In this document: one piece after another, positions 48,001 to 57,434 of the stretch
How positions within the stretch are numbered: the first letter of the stretch is position 1
Layout of the letters: every line of letters begins with the position of its first letter
NCBI GenBank assembly: GCA_963667725.2
Contig: CAXXHO010000003.1
Location: 384,001-448,000 of the forward strand
Length of the DNA: 64,000 nucleotides
Reading direction: 5' to 3'
Source: Treponemataceae bacterium
GTDB lineage: Bacteria; Spirochaetota; Spirochaetia; Treponematales; Rectinemataceae
Program-made: the position numbers and the translations under genes
The notes under the pieces: model-generated
Databases searched by the model: none
Seen by the model: the letters and a program-made list of their open reading frames with translations, nothing else
What the model was told of the DNA's origin: nothing

Positions 48001-48597
48001 GGCGGCCATTGTCCTGAGTGAATCCTTCATGAGCGAAAACTGCTTTTCGGCGAGAGCGAGCGGGGTTATGTAGCGTGAGCCGAGGTCGCCGAAAAGGCGG
48101 GCGGCCACTTCATCGAAGGGAAATGACTTCAGGATTTCCCTTATGCCCGGTTTATCCCTGTTTCGCAGCACATAACGATAGGCGATGCTCCTGGCGAGAT
48201 CGGCCGACTTTTCCGCGTCGATCTTGAACTCGGGACTGTATCCGAAATCCCGGGCGGCCTGGCGGACAATTTCCGCGCAGAAGGCGTCGAGCGTGGTGAT
48301 GTGGTTGTTCTGGAATTCGTCCAGCTGCTCGCGCGCCCCGGGCGATGTCTGGGCGGCCAATTCGCCGTAGATGCGTTCATACATTTCGGCGGCCGCTTTT
48401 CGCGTGAAGGTGAGGGCGAGGATAGAGCGGACGGGAAGTTTTTTCTCGACGACGAGGTGAATGTAGCGCGACGCCAGCACAGTCGTCTTGCCGGCTCCCG
48501 CCCCGGCAGTCACGACGCAATTGCGTTCGGCCATCGCCGCCGTCCTCTGCCGCTCATCGAGCTTTTCGAGATACAATGGATACTGGGCCGGGTTCAT
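45043..48597 (-). CDS. addA: AddA-like UvrD helicase with C-terminal PD-(D/E)XK nuclease
   Basis: AGAGAGKT, LTFTRKAA, IDEFQD, VGDEKQSIYRFRGA, TIHKSKGLQF, GRMDL..VIDFKS; start ATG48597 overlaps the addB stop. Confidence 0.8.
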   Translation of the reverse strand: MNPAQYPLYLEKLDERQRTAAMAERNCVVTAGAGAGKTTVLASRYIHLVVEKKLPVRSILALTFTRKAAAEMYERIYGELAAQTSPGAREQLDEFQNNHITTLDAFCAEIVRQAARDFGYSPEFKIDAEKSADLARSIAYRYVLRNRDKPGIREILKSFPFDEVAARLFGDLGSRYITPLALAEKQFSLMKDSLRTMAAEKADAAFKRLAAMAKDIVALSTGAPAPRADCASAVACSLAFIEAIGRSPSTAPALSFFSRHFDAFTELAMRSYGRSEAEQSIKAIAKEAREEARNLLDFAEYQTAFPSHCSLFDRLDEFASEVAEAKRLADLMDFKDLGACAVHALKRRKDIRAYWKGAIESIMIDEFQDNNELQKNLLYLLAEKRENASDGIPSPEELEPGKLFFVGDEKQSIYRFRGADVAVFKRLSRELSEDLSGDIVLSANYRSSPPLIGFFNDFFAFVMSEGSKDDMSKSDETQRSPNDFHARYANMEPGRPQTKPQAQADSSGARIEYFLLPAAEEDKETSEETQDPSDDPIEGRSGSEPLGADDSLAFEIAQFIKRSRGTMELRPAKDSASEDEARMADYGDFAVLLRTTTNQHRLEKYLRLLDIPFDSESPRSLFRESPANDIYSILSYALDPGDNAAYAAVLRSPLCGVSDQAFLELMTSAGAAFELEASSDHDSAMLDRAKAFFAEFRTSIVSNPVSDIVEYVWNRGGLRLAILSRPESHPFLEHFDYLFHMAAGIDREHGGIADFLAKLRPYIEGETDKFDIENVPRSNASGVKILTIHKSKGLQFPVVILPWAENSGSTKRGQAIWEMLPEGLALDIKPYDKPGAKANNIFFRLAKNLENDMSVAEIKRLLYVACTRAEDHLFFFGKRQKRGDTAGNSFLYYLENYCAMRDSRDQDRSGTAIEAQASARLKKILLAPRTVDDVRHWYKGRVKPSLSDFAQAYCEAKILGKSFSRRHLKATELERPQREIRTSQPAGIPAPAYAHAPATALAAPGDQSPLPPKIFGTLCHDAVEQAIKTGTVSGFAPSKDLVRDLSPSDIARATELATSMAVDFLSSDFWKSLPAGAEMTSEKPFLLKLGDFIVEGRMDLLIETGDEVTVIDFKSDSEEAPSRHAVQLDIYRRAAENIIPGKKTRIGLYWLRSSSLTWMDSAISDEDLLHLAHQASLGIGQEHA

Positions 48598-51356
48598 AGA
48601 CGCTCCGATGAGAAATGAGCCCTGCAGATAGGGCGCATTGGGCACGCGGCGCAGCTCGCGGGCGATGGCGTTATGGACAGGAAGGATCCATCCTTGATGA
48701 TTCCCGACGCTTTTCGCAGCGCCACAGCGAGAGCCTCGCGTTCCGGATCGAATTCTTCGCGGCTGGGTCGGCAGCCCCCAGGCCCGAAAACGACGACAGC
48801 CTTGCTTTCCTCGATGGACCAGTAAAGGGCCAGTTCCACGGATTCCCCTTCGCCTTCCAGTATCGCCGCATAACTCGCTATCTGGAAATCGCCGAGTTCG
48901 CCGTTTTGATTGACGAGAAACTCCTTTTTTTTGGGTGTGCTGTTTTTTTTGTAGTCGATGATGGCGCATTCCTCACCGCGCGGGGTCGCCGGATCGCCGC
49001 TTCCCTGTTTTCTGGAAATCCTGTCCGCTCGCCCTTCGAGCGATAAACCCAGTTCCTCGAACTTTCTGGCCAGAGGTATTTCGAAATCGCCTATCGACCA
49101 TCCATCGGCCTTGAAGCCGGTCTCGAAATCCAGGATCCTCGCTATCCTGTCGCGGATTTTCGGCAGGGCAGCCTCCATGGCGGGTTCTACGGCAGGTCCG
49201 TTTTGCCTCATTACCTGCCTAAGCGCTTGCCTGAAGGCCGAGTCAATCCATCCTTCATATTCGTCTTTCCTTGCGGCCGAGAAACCGCCATCCTTGAGCG
49301 CGATATCCTGGAGAAGGCTTCTGATAAGGGCGTGGGTCAGCGAGCCTTCGGTTATGTTGGCGACGGCCGAAGGTCCTTTATCGATATCGGGTACGCAGGT
49401 CAGGAACCATTTGAAGGGGCACTGCATCAGGTTCTTGAGCTTCCCAGGCGAAATCTTGAAAAGCGGAGCTGCGTTGCACGAGGGAAGCTTGAGAAGTTGG
49501 GCGGAATCGAGTTTCCGCCCGCCCTTAGCCGGAGATAGAACGCGTTGGTCGCCGGTCCTCATTGCCGAGAAGCAATCCATGGCAGCGTTCTTTCTATCAG
49601 CTGGAAGTTGTGCGGGCAAGTCGCCGGCCGCTGAATCGCGCCACGCGCGCGATTCAGCGGCGTCGGCGAGCTCTGGAATCTGATCCGCCCCGATTTTTGC
49701 CTGCCTCGCGCCTTTACGCAGAAAGTAGGGGTGGGGAACCGAATATCCCGCTAAGCCTTTTTCGGCGTGGCAGTATACGGCGTTCACCGCGTTGAAGGAG
49801 GACAGCAGCGCTTCGCTGACATCGGGTTCATTCAGCTGCCCGCGCATTTCTTTGGGAACGCGTGAAAAATGTCCAAGTGCGGGTTCCAGGGAATCCTGGG
49901 ATACGTCCATGACGAAATGGACCGGAGTGGCGATGAGCATTCCAATGTGGTAGGGGAATACCGAAATAGCGTTGACCGATTCGTCGTTCGTGTAGCGCGT
50001 AACGTCGAGGGCGAGGAGAAGCGTGTCCAAGGGGCTGGCCGCGAGAGTGGGGTTTCCTATATGGGAATGCCATTGATCCAGGGCATCCAGCTCTTCCAGA
50101 ACGCGTTGTAGGGTGCGGTCAGCCTCCGAATTCGATAGCGGCTTTTCCAGGAAGTTATCCTTGAAATCATGGATGGCGCGGCGAAGCGTGTTGAACGAAC
50201 GAGCGCTCGTCATCGAATGTGCGATCTTGTTCAGGGAAGAATACAGCGAGATCACCTGGCTGCCCGGATCCGGACAGAGTGATAAAGTCTTTTTCCAAAG
50301 ATCTGACATGTACTGTCCGTCGATGGAAAATTCCGGAATGTTGTACCGCGACGCGAAACGGATGAGATCCGAGGCTATGGACTCGTTTTTCCAGATGAAA
50401 GCGCCCCGATCGAAAAGTTTCCGCAAGGTCCTGAGGGAAAAACCTTCGGACGCGGCGCGCGACAATGAGAGAAGAAGCTTGCCGAAAGGATAAGCCGAGA
50501 GCGGCTGCCCTTCGCGGAAATCCATCGGCAGCGCATACTGCTTGGCCAGCGATCGTATGTGCGCCCGTATTTCCGGAGTGGATGCGGGAATGCTCATGGC
50601 GATATCGGCCGGCTGCAGACCGCCATCCAGAAGCGATGCGCAATTCGCCAGCACTGATTGCAGTTCCTCACGAAACGTCTCGAATTTGAACAAGGCCATT
50701 TCGGAAGCGGACTCCGAAAAGATTTCGACGGACAAGAACTTTTTTAGAATTTCTGCCCTTTTATCGTACCTGGGCATGAGCGAAGGTTCGAACAGAATAT
50801 AGCGATTTTTTTCTTCCTTAGCGGGTGAGAGGTGGCTCGATTCGTAGACGCCGTTGTCTTCCAGAAAGCGAGAATATCTTTCCGAAAGCGCCGCATAGTC
50901 GGCTACTTCGTCTTCGTCGATTAAGCAGCCGGGAGGAAGACGGCGCAGCTCGAATGATAGGTCGCGCAACGTTGGCGCCTGTTTCGCGAAAATTGAGGCT
51001 GCCGTCAGCGCCGAGCTCATCCCTGGCTTTACGAGGCCTCGAAGGAAGGGCGTTTTCGACTGCTCTTCCAGGATCAGAAGCCCCCAAAGCAGGCGCAACC
51101 GCGAATCCGCTTTTTTCTTTGCCAGCGGTATGTTCTTTTGCGTTATGCGGTCTATGAAGGTATCCCAGCCGAGGTACCTGTCCTTTTCGATCGCGTCTAT
51201 CCCCGGCTGCCTTAGCGACGCTTCCGCCCAGGAGTCGGCGGAAACCTGCGTGGGAAATACGAAATAGGTGTTTCTATCCTTCACATGATCGGAGATTTTC
51301 TTCGCGATCGCGCTTTCCCGGACCGTCCCCGGCGATACCTTCGAATATTCAGTCAT
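48594..51356 (-). CDS. addB: AddB-like PD-(D/E)XK nuclease with 4Fe-4S cysteines
   Basis: QCPFKWF, GRADRI, IIDYK, QIASY, CAACPMRPIC. Confidence 0.72.
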   Translation of the reverse strand: MTEYSKVSPGTVRESAIAKKISDHVKDRNTYFVFPTQVSADSWAEASLRQPGIDAIEKDRYLGWDTFIDRITQKNIPLAKKKADSRLRLLWGLLILEEQSKTPFLRGLVKPGMSSALTAASIFAKQAPTLRDLSFELRRLPPGCLIDEDEVADYAALSERYSRFLEDNGVYESSHLSPAKEEKNRYILFEPSLMPRYDKRAEILKKFLSVEIFSESASEMALFKFETFREELQSVLANCASLLDGGLQPADIAMSIPASTPEIRAHIRSLAKQYALPMDFREGQPLSAYPFGKLLLSLSRAASEGFSLRTLRKLFDRGAFIWKNESIASDLIRFASRYNIPEFSIDGQYMSDLWKKTLSLCPDPGSQVISLYSSLNKIAHSMTSARSFNTLRRAIHDFKDNFLEKPLSNSEADRTLQRVLEELDALDQWHSHIGNPTLAASPLDTLLLALDVTRYTNDESVNAISVFPYHIGMLIATPVHFVMDVSQDSLEPALGHFSRVPKEMRGQLNEPDVSEALLSSFNAVNAVYCHAEKGLAGYSVPHPYFLRKGARQAKIGADQIPELADAAESRAWRDSAAGDLPAQLPADRKNAAMDCFSAMRTGDQRVLSPAKGGRKLDSAQLLKLPSCNAAPLFKISPGKLKNLMQCPFKWFLTCVPDIDKGPSAVANITEGSLTHALIRSLLQDIALKDGGFSAARKDEYEGWIDSAFRQALRQVMRQNGPAVEPAMEAALPKIRDRIARILDFETGFKADGWSIGDFEIPLARKFEELGLSLEGRADRISRKQGSGDPATPRGEECAIIDYKKNSTPKKKEFLVNQNGELGDFQIASYAAILEGEGESVELALYWSIEESKAVVVFGPGGCRPSREEFDPEREALAVALRKASGIIKDGSFLSITPSPASCAACPMRPICRAHFSSERL

Positions 51357-54300
51357 TCTCAATTATCGTTATCAGATCCGCGACCCTGAAGCAGCTCCTT
51401 TCCTCAGCCTGGTGCGCGATGTCGCACACCTCGAAGGCCTGAATATCCGCGGCTTCGGCTAGTATCGCCATAATCTCCGATGCGCTTGGTTTTGCCCTGG
51501 GGTCAATGCGGGCAAGGGCGTTTTCGAGAAGAGCGAAGCATGGCCAGAGTTCAAGCAGGGCATCGAACTTTTCCTTGTTGTAATAATCCTTTCCCTCCCA
51601 AGCATTTATGCCCAAGGCCTCCCTGGCTTCATGATCGCGGCTGGCCCAACGCATGAGTTCTGAAGCTCTCGCTCGCGGTGACGTAAGGAATGGCGAATGC
51701 TTTTCCACTGGCAGCTTGGATGATCGGGACGAAGTGTCCCTAGACCTCGTAGCGAAAGCGAACATCAGCGAACACAGCGCCTTCCCGTCGATCCGGTCGA
51801 GAGCGATCTTAGGGGCGTTCGCAGTCTCGTCGCCCTTTTCCGTCAAGGCTTTTTTCGCTGAGGATTCGGTATCGGCCAGCATCGCCGCCTGGATTAGCTT
51901 TTTCTTGACGAGGAATTTTTCGAGGATATAGCGCAATTCCTCGGTTTCGTTCGCGCCCGCGTTCACGCAAGACAGGCCCGCTATGAAAATATAATGAAGG
52001 AAAGCGCCCAGCGCGCGTTCCGATTCGAGAAGGGCCCTGAAATAGGATAAAGCGGAGAGGCGTCGGCTATCCTTTATCGTGTTCACGAAAGCCGTATGGA
52101 GCATCGTATTGAGGATGGCGATGCCCGTTTCGATCACGGCTCTGCCGCGCGAAACCGCCGTGATGCCCGGTCCGGGGCCCCCGTCTTCGGCTATAGCCTG
52201 GGCGATGCGGGAGAAATAGGCTCCCGCATCGATGCCGGCCCCGTCCGCGGCTTCTGCGATATTCCCGCCCAGGATAAGGGCCATTTTACAGTCGTCAATG
52301 GATGCTATGGCCTTTGCCAGGGTATGGTAGAGTTCGGGTTGCGCCGCTTCCTCGAGCGCATCGTCGAGATCGGCGATACCTTTTCCCTTAAGGGAGATCC
52401 AGAGTCGTTCGTAGCGGCCATCCATGTCGTGGACACGGTTGAACTCGCTGAATATTAGCGTTTGGTAGCCTTCAAGATCGACATGCCATCCTTGAGTCTC
52501 CAGATCGGAACAGCGGTATATATGCCACAAGCTTGATCGTATCTCGAACGCGGCGACGAAGTTGTCTGGTCCTGTATCCAGCGCGAGAGCGCGTACGATG
52601 GATTTGGTTCTCAGGTGTTTTTTCCCGTCCTGCTGTTTTTCAGCATATCCGCAGCTCGTCGATATTTTTCCGGAACTGCGTTTCCAGCAGTTGTTGTAGA
52701 AAATGAGCGCCCTGTCCTCTTCTCCGCGGCCGTTTGAGTAGGCGAAGACATTATCGTCGATGCTGCCATCATCGGTCATAAAGTCGAAGAGGCAGAAATT
52801 GTCCACTTCAGCGAATAGCTTCCTCATCCTGAAAAGCGGGAATATATCCTTTTCATGACGTGCCATAAGCGCATTGTCGGGTTTTTCATCCCGATAGGAA
52901 CGCTTGTATTCCATTCCGTATTTTTCTGTGAATCCCTCGATCTGACCATGGCCGATCATGGGCATTCCCGGCATGGTGGCGAGCATCGTGCAAACGCCGA
53001 AATATTTGTCGCCGGCGCCGAATTGGGCGATGGCCGTTTCCTCGTCGGGATTGCTCATGAAATTGACGAAGCGTTTCAGGATCTGTTTGTCGAATTCCTG
53101 GGTGTTCTTGATCGTTAGGCGATACAGGGTATTCTTCTCGTCTTTGAGCATGTTCATGAATGCTGAGTTGTAGACTCTGTGCATGCCGAGCGTCCGGGTG
53201 AAATAGCCTTCCATCATCCAGAACGCTTCGGCGAGGAGAAGCGTGTCGGGGGATTTTTCCGCGCATTCATCGACAACCTCCCGCCAGAATTCCTGCGGCA
53301 TCGCGCTGTCGAAAATCTCCTCCGGCATCGAATGTTCCGCGCGTGAGGGGATGGCTCCGCCTGAGCCTGGAGCGGGATACCATAATCGCCTGATGTGCTG
53401 TTTCGCGAGAACCATGGCCGCGTCGAAGCGTATGATGCTGAAATGCCGCGCCACCTGAAGTATCTTTTCCTTCACGGCGACGCGCGCTTCGGGATTGAGA
53501 AAATCGATCTGCGCGGTGTCGTTCCACGCCATTCCGGTTCCGTCGTTGCCGTGGTAGATGTAGCGCGCCTTGCCGCTCCGCCTGTCAAGGCGCTTGAAGA
53601 CGACGGCGGCATCCGATTTCGTGTAGTAATGATCTTCGAGCCAGAGGCCGATGGCTGGGTCTTCGGACAAATCCGGCCCGTGGAAGGTGTAGCTGGGAAA
53701 GGGACAATAATCCGAGCCGATGAAGAGATCGGGTCTTTCCCTTATCCATGCCGAGTCCATGCCCGTATGATTGGGAACCATGTCGGCGGCGAGTCTGATG
53801 CCTCTCCATAGACAACGTCCCCTGAATGAGTCCAGGGCTTCCCATCCCCCCAGTTCCGGGGCTATCTCGTAATCGAAAAGCGAATAGGCCGAAGCCGCGG
53901 CTTCGGGGTTTCCGCAATAGCGCTTGATTTTTTCGCTGGCGGGACTTCTCTGCCAGATGCCGATGAGCCAGAGCCCGCTTATGCCCCTCGAGGCGATGGC
54001 GTCCAGTTCCTGGTCGGGTATTTCATCCAGCCGCCTGATCGGTCTTCCGAAGGTTTCCGAAAGCTGATGAAGCCAGACGAGGGCGTTCTTGGCCAGAAGG
54101 ACAAGCGAGGGCATCCAATCCTTGTCTTGGGTGAATTTTTCATACTCGTGCCTGGACGATTTATAGCTGTAGGCTTCAACAGGTCCTGGACCGGGCGGGA
54201 AACGGGGCGTTTCCTCTTCTTTAATGAGATCGAGGCTCCTGAGTATCTTCATGCCGATCTCGTCGAAACTGGCTCCCCAATTGTCCTTTATCCACCCAAG

Positions 54301-55005
54301 CTGGGCTTCGAGCGATTCCGGCGCCGCTTTCGCCGGCATGCGAAGCAGCCCCATCAAATCGACCTTATGGCCGACGGGTCCGAAGCTGGGAAGCTCCTTG
54401 CTGGCGCGTTCGATCGCCTCGAAGACTTCCCTGTATTTTGTCTTGCCGGCAACGCTTTCGCTCATCGTTCCTGTTGCGCGGGTGCCGTCATCGAAGAGGA
54501 ATCGAAAGGGAAGGAAGGCCGGATTTTCATTGGCGATCTTGAGAAGGATGAGTTCTTCCAGGGCGAGTTCCTTGTTGGGCACGGCGTTTTCTTTCGTCCC
54601 TGAGACAGAGCTACCCTCTAGCCAGTCCTCGACGCTCGCGGTTCCCCTGTAGACTTCGAGAGGCGGAAATTGCGCGCTGAATTCGCGAAGCAGGAATCCG
54701 CATTCAACGGCGCCGATTTCCTCATTCACCGCGCCGAGAAAGCGCTCGATGACATCGGGAGCTACCGTTTTCCTGTATATTCCGATCACTATATGGAGGA
54801 TTTCGTCGATAAGCCCCATGGCGTTGAGTCGGCCCGCGCTGAGCTTCGTGCTGTCCTGCCCCGCGATCACCTTAAGTTCACGCAGCTTTTCCGCGAGGCT
54901 CCTCGCCGCTGGAAAATCAGGGAGAATCAGGTTTCCCGTGGTTCGGAAAAGGGCGGAGTTGATCCCCAAAGTCGAACGGATCGAAGCATGAATATGGAAT
55001 TCCAT
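51349..55005 (-). CDS. Large GH13 alpha-amylase-family glycoside hydrolase (alternative start 55092)
   Basis: DMVPNH, IRFDAAM (nucleophile), LAEAFW (acid/base), SNPDEE; GGAG RBS before ATG55005. Confidence 0.8.
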   Translation of the reverse strand: MEFHIHASIRSTLGINSALFRTTGNLILPDFPAARSLAEKLRELKVIAGQDSTKLSAGRLNAMGLIDEILHIVIGIYRKTVAPDVIERFLGAVNEEIGAVECGFLLREFSAQFPPLEVYRGTASVEDWLEGSSVSGTKENAVPNKELALEELILLKIANENPAFLPFRFLFDDGTRATGTMSESVAGKTKYREVFEAIERASKELPSFGPVGHKVDLMGLLRMPAKAAPESLEAQLGWIKDNWGASFDEIGMKILRSLDLIKEEETPRFPPGPGPVEAYSYKSSRHEYEKFTQDKDWMPSLVLLAKNALVWLHQLSETFGRPIRRLDEIPDQELDAIASRGISGLWLIGIWQRSPASEKIKRYCGNPEAAASAYSLFDYEIAPELGGWEALDSFRGRCLWRGIRLAADMVPNHTGMDSAWIRERPDLFIGSDYCPFPSYTFHGPDLSEDPAIGLWLEDHYYTKSDAAVVFKRLDRRSGKARYIYHGNDGTGMAWNDTAQIDFLNPEARVAVKEKILQVARHFSIIRFDAAMVLAKQHIRRLWYPAPGSGGAIPSRAEHSMPEEIFDSAMPQEFWREVVDECAEKSPDTLLLAEAFWMMEGYFTRTLGMHRVYNSAFMNMLKDEKNTLYRLTIKNTQEFDKQILKRFVNFMSNPDEETAIAQFGAGDKYFGVCTMLATMPGMPMIGHGQIEGFTEKYGMEYKRSYRDEKPDNALMARHEKDIFPLFRMRKLFAEVDNFCLFDFMTDDGSIDDNVFAYSNGRGEEDRALIFYNNCWKRSSGKISTSCGYAEKQQDGKKHLRTKSIVRALALDTGPDNFVAAFEIRSSLWHIYRCSDLETQGWHVDLEGYQTLIFSEFNRVHDMDGRYERLWISLKGKGIADLDDALEEAAQPELYHTLAKAIASIDDCKMALILGGNIAEAADGAGIDAGAYFSRIAQAIAEDGGPGPGITAVSRGRAVIETGIAILNTMLHTAFVNTIKDSRRLSALSYFRALLESERALGAFLHYIFIAGLSCVNAGANETEELRYILEKFLVKKKLIQAAMLADTESSAKKALTEKGDETANAPKIALDRIDGKALCSLMFAFATRSRDTSSRSSKLPVEKHSPFLTSPRARASELMRWASRDHEAREALGINAWEGKDYYNKEKFDALLELWPCFALLENALARIDPRAKPSASEIMAILAEAADIQAFEVCDIAHQAEERSCFRVADLITIIEND

Positions 55006-55194
55006 GATTCTGTCTCCGGCCGAACAGTCTTGCGAAATGCCTTCAAAAGCCGTCAACCTGCACGCAAGCGCATTTTTCTCATGGGTAATCATAGGTCAAA
55101 TATAGCTCTGCCCCCGTCTCTGTACAAGCAGAAATAATTGCTACCCAAGGTTTGAAGGATCTGTTATACTTACATAACAACAGCGGAGGTAAAA

Positions 55195-55818
55195 GTGTCA
55201 GTTTCGGTAGAGCATGACAAACGCAAGGAAGAAATCCTCGATAAAGCCCTCGATGTTTTCGTCACGGAAGGCTATAAAGATACGACATTCCAGAAAATCG
55301 CCGAACGTTGCGGTATAACCAGGACGATTCTGTACCTTTATTTCAATAATAAAAAGGAAATATTCTCATCCTGCATTAAGCGCTTCATGGGCCGGCTGGA
55401 AAATGAGATCAGGAATATCGCCGGCGAATCCAAGAAGGCCAGTTCCGAAAAGATAATCGCGATCGGGGAGATGGTCGTTCAGCTCTGCGCGACGGAATCG
55501 AAGCTTCTCTCGATCGTGCTGGATTATCTTTTAAAGCTTAAATTGGCCGGAGGCGATCCCGATGAAAGAGTGAGGCGCCGCACCGTGCGGATGCGTCATA
55601 TACTGGCGATGATCATCATCGAGGGAAAGAAAAAGGGCGAATTCGCTTCCGCGGTGTCCGGAAGAGCGGCGAGCGAGCTTTTTTACGCGCTGATCGAGGC
55701 GGCCGTCTTTAGGATTACCGTGCTTGGCCAAAAAGACGCGTCCATACTTTCCGATTCGCTCAGGCTCCTGACGTCCAGCATGAAAATCCCGGGCGATGGC
55801 TCGGGAACTTCCGCTTAA
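55195..55818 (+). CDS. TetR/AcrR family regulator
   Basis: RKEEILDKALDVF...TTFQKIAERCGITRTILYLYFNNK. Confidence 0.88.
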   Translation: MSVSVEHDKRKEEILDKALDVFVTEGYKDTTFQKIAERCGITRTILYLYFNNKKEIFSSCIKRFMGRLENEIRNIAGESKKASSEKIIAIGEMVVQLCATESKLLSIVLDYLLKLKLAGGDPDERVRRRTVRMRHILAMIIIEGKKKGEFASAVSGRAASELFYALIEAAVFRITVLGQKDASILSDSLRLLTSSMKIPGDGSGTSA

Positions 55819-55857
55819 GGGCGGAATGGAGTCCTTGGCCGGATCGGCCGCTCAGGC

Positions 55858-56583
55858 TCATTGCGTTTCGCGGCTGGCTTTTTCGAGCAATCCCATTTTG
55901 ATGATGCCGAGCGTGGATGTCTTTGCGACAACCTTGGCCGTGAATAGGCTGTTTATGTTCTTCTCGTAATTGAGAATTCTGGAGATGTAATCCAGGGTCC
56001 TTACAGGCGCCCCGCTATTCGACACTCTCGTTCTTCCCGCATTGTACATCGCCAGTGCCGAGACTTCATTGCCGGACAGATCCAGAACATGCCTAAAATA
56101 TTTGATGCCCTCTTTTGCGTTGTGTGAAGGATCGTAGATTTCGGTTTCGGTAAGGTCGGGGAAGGTTGAGGAGTTGAGCTGGAACAATCCTCTGTCGACG
56201 CTCGTGGCGTTCTTGTGAAGCGCTTTGGGATTGAAGCGGCTTTCCTCGTAGGCAATCGCGAAAGCCAGGCTGGCTGGGACTTCGTGCTTAACCGCATTGT
56301 CGAGAATCGCGACGGCGATTGTCTTGGAATTGGTGAGCGAGGAGAAAAAATCCACGACGCTGTTCTTGGTGCCCGTATTCATGTAATACGCCGCGATCGT
56401 GTCATTGTCGTTCTTTTCTTCGATACTAGCGGGCAGGGTTTTTGAATGTGCGACGAGAGAAAGAATCTCGCTGTCAAGCTCCAAATTCACTTCCGGAGAG
56501 GGTGCGCAGGCGATACTGATTAGCCCCGCGACGATGGCTAAGAACACCGCTCCCTTGGCTCGCAATGGTCTGTAGGAAAGCAT
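55858..56583 (-). CDS. SLT-domain lytic transglycosylase, probable lipoprotein
   Basis: EESRFNP, DRGLFQLN, ALAMYNAG; LISIAC lipobox; AAGGAG RBS. Confidence 0.82.
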   Translation of the reverse strand: MLSYRPLRAKGAVFLAIVAGLISIACAPSPEVNLELDSEILSLVAHSKTLPASIEEKNDNDTIAAYYMNTGTKNSVVDFFSSLTNSKTIAVAILDNAVKHEVPASLAFAIAYEESRFNPKALHKNATSVDRGLFQLNSSTFPDLTETEIYDPSHNAKEGIKYFRHVLDLSGNEVSALAMYNAGRTRVSNSGAPVRTLDYISRILNYEKNINSLFTAKVVAKTSTLGIIKMGLLEKASRETQ

Positions 56584-56821
56584 TTTCAACGATAACTCCT
56601 TGCATGGAAAGGCCGTAAAACCTTTCTTCCGCCTCGTCCGTCTATTGTAAGGATTGAGGCACAATGGTCAAGTGGTCGCCAAAGTCATGGTTTTAAGCCG
56701 CCGCGGGACGCGAATTTTCATCGAATTCCCCTAAAGTTTTTTCTTTGCGCGCTTGCTTCCAGAATAGTATCGCGATTTTCCATACTTAACAAAAACGGTA
56801 TTTGCCTCCATAATCGGCACT

Positions 56822-57325
56822 ATGAAAAACGCAGCGATTCGCGTCATCGTTACTGGCGGCACCTTCGACAAGCACTACGACGAGATCAAGGGCGAGCTCA
56901 CTTTCCGGGAGAGCAGCCTTCCGGAAATCCTCACGAGGGCGCGGGTGAAGGTTCCCGTCACCGTCGAGATGAACCAGCTCATAGACAGCCTCCAGATGCA
57001 GGACGTCAACAGGATGTCCGTGCTTCTTTCCTGCCGGAATTCCGAGGAAAGCCGGATCATCATCACCCATGGAACCGATACCATGACGACGACGGCATCT
57101 CTCCTCGGCGGGGAGAAGCTCCACAAGACCATTATCCTCACCGGGGCTATGATTCCCTACAAGGTTTTAGATTCGGACGCGCTTTTCAATTTCGGTACTG
57201 CTTTTTCCGCGGTCCAGCTCCTGCCCGAGGGGGTTTATATCGCCATGAACGGCAGGGTTTTCTCCTGGGACAATGTCAGGAAAAACAAGGTTTTGGGCGT
57301 GTTTGAGGAGATGGACGGCTTATGA
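56822..57325 (+). CDS. Short (single-domain) asparaginase-family protein
   Basis: TGGTFDK, IDSL, ITHGTDTM, LTGAMIP. Confidence 0.85.
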   Translation: MKNAAIRVIVTGGTFDKHYDEIKGELTFRESSLPEILTRARVKVPVTVEMNQLIDSLQMQDVNRMSVLLSCRNSEESRIIITHGTDTMTTTASLLGGEKLHKTIILTGAMIPYKVLDSDALFNFGTAFSAVQLLPEGVYIAMNGRVFSWDNVRKNKVLGVFEEMDGL

Positions 57326-57366
57326 TGCCGCTGGGGCGGTGTGATAGGGCGCTGAGGCGGGCCGCC

Positions 57367-57425
57367 GCGGCACATCGACGGCGTGGGGCGGCACATGGGT
57401 GGCGTGGGGCGGCACATGGGTGGCG
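57367..57425 (+). repeat. 21-bp tandem repeat, about 2.8 copies
   Basis: GCGGCACATCGACGGCGTGGG / GCGGCACATGGGTGGCGTGGG / GCGGCACATGGGTGGCG. Confidence 0.85.
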
Positions 57426-57434
57426 GGCAGCCTG

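Noticed and set aside
48598..48969. N-terminal 124 aa of the 1308-aa helicase ORF
   Set aside because: Overlaps addB in another frame and is not protein-like; the real start is probably ATG48597
48594..49450. Cas4-like nuclease with Fe-S cysteines as a defence system
   Set aside because: It is the C-terminal domain of a 920-aa protein coupled to a UvrD helicase-nuclease, which is the AddAB architecture
57367..57425. Repeat as a possible CRISPR array
   Set aside because: Contiguous 21-bp units with no spacers, and no cas genes in the window
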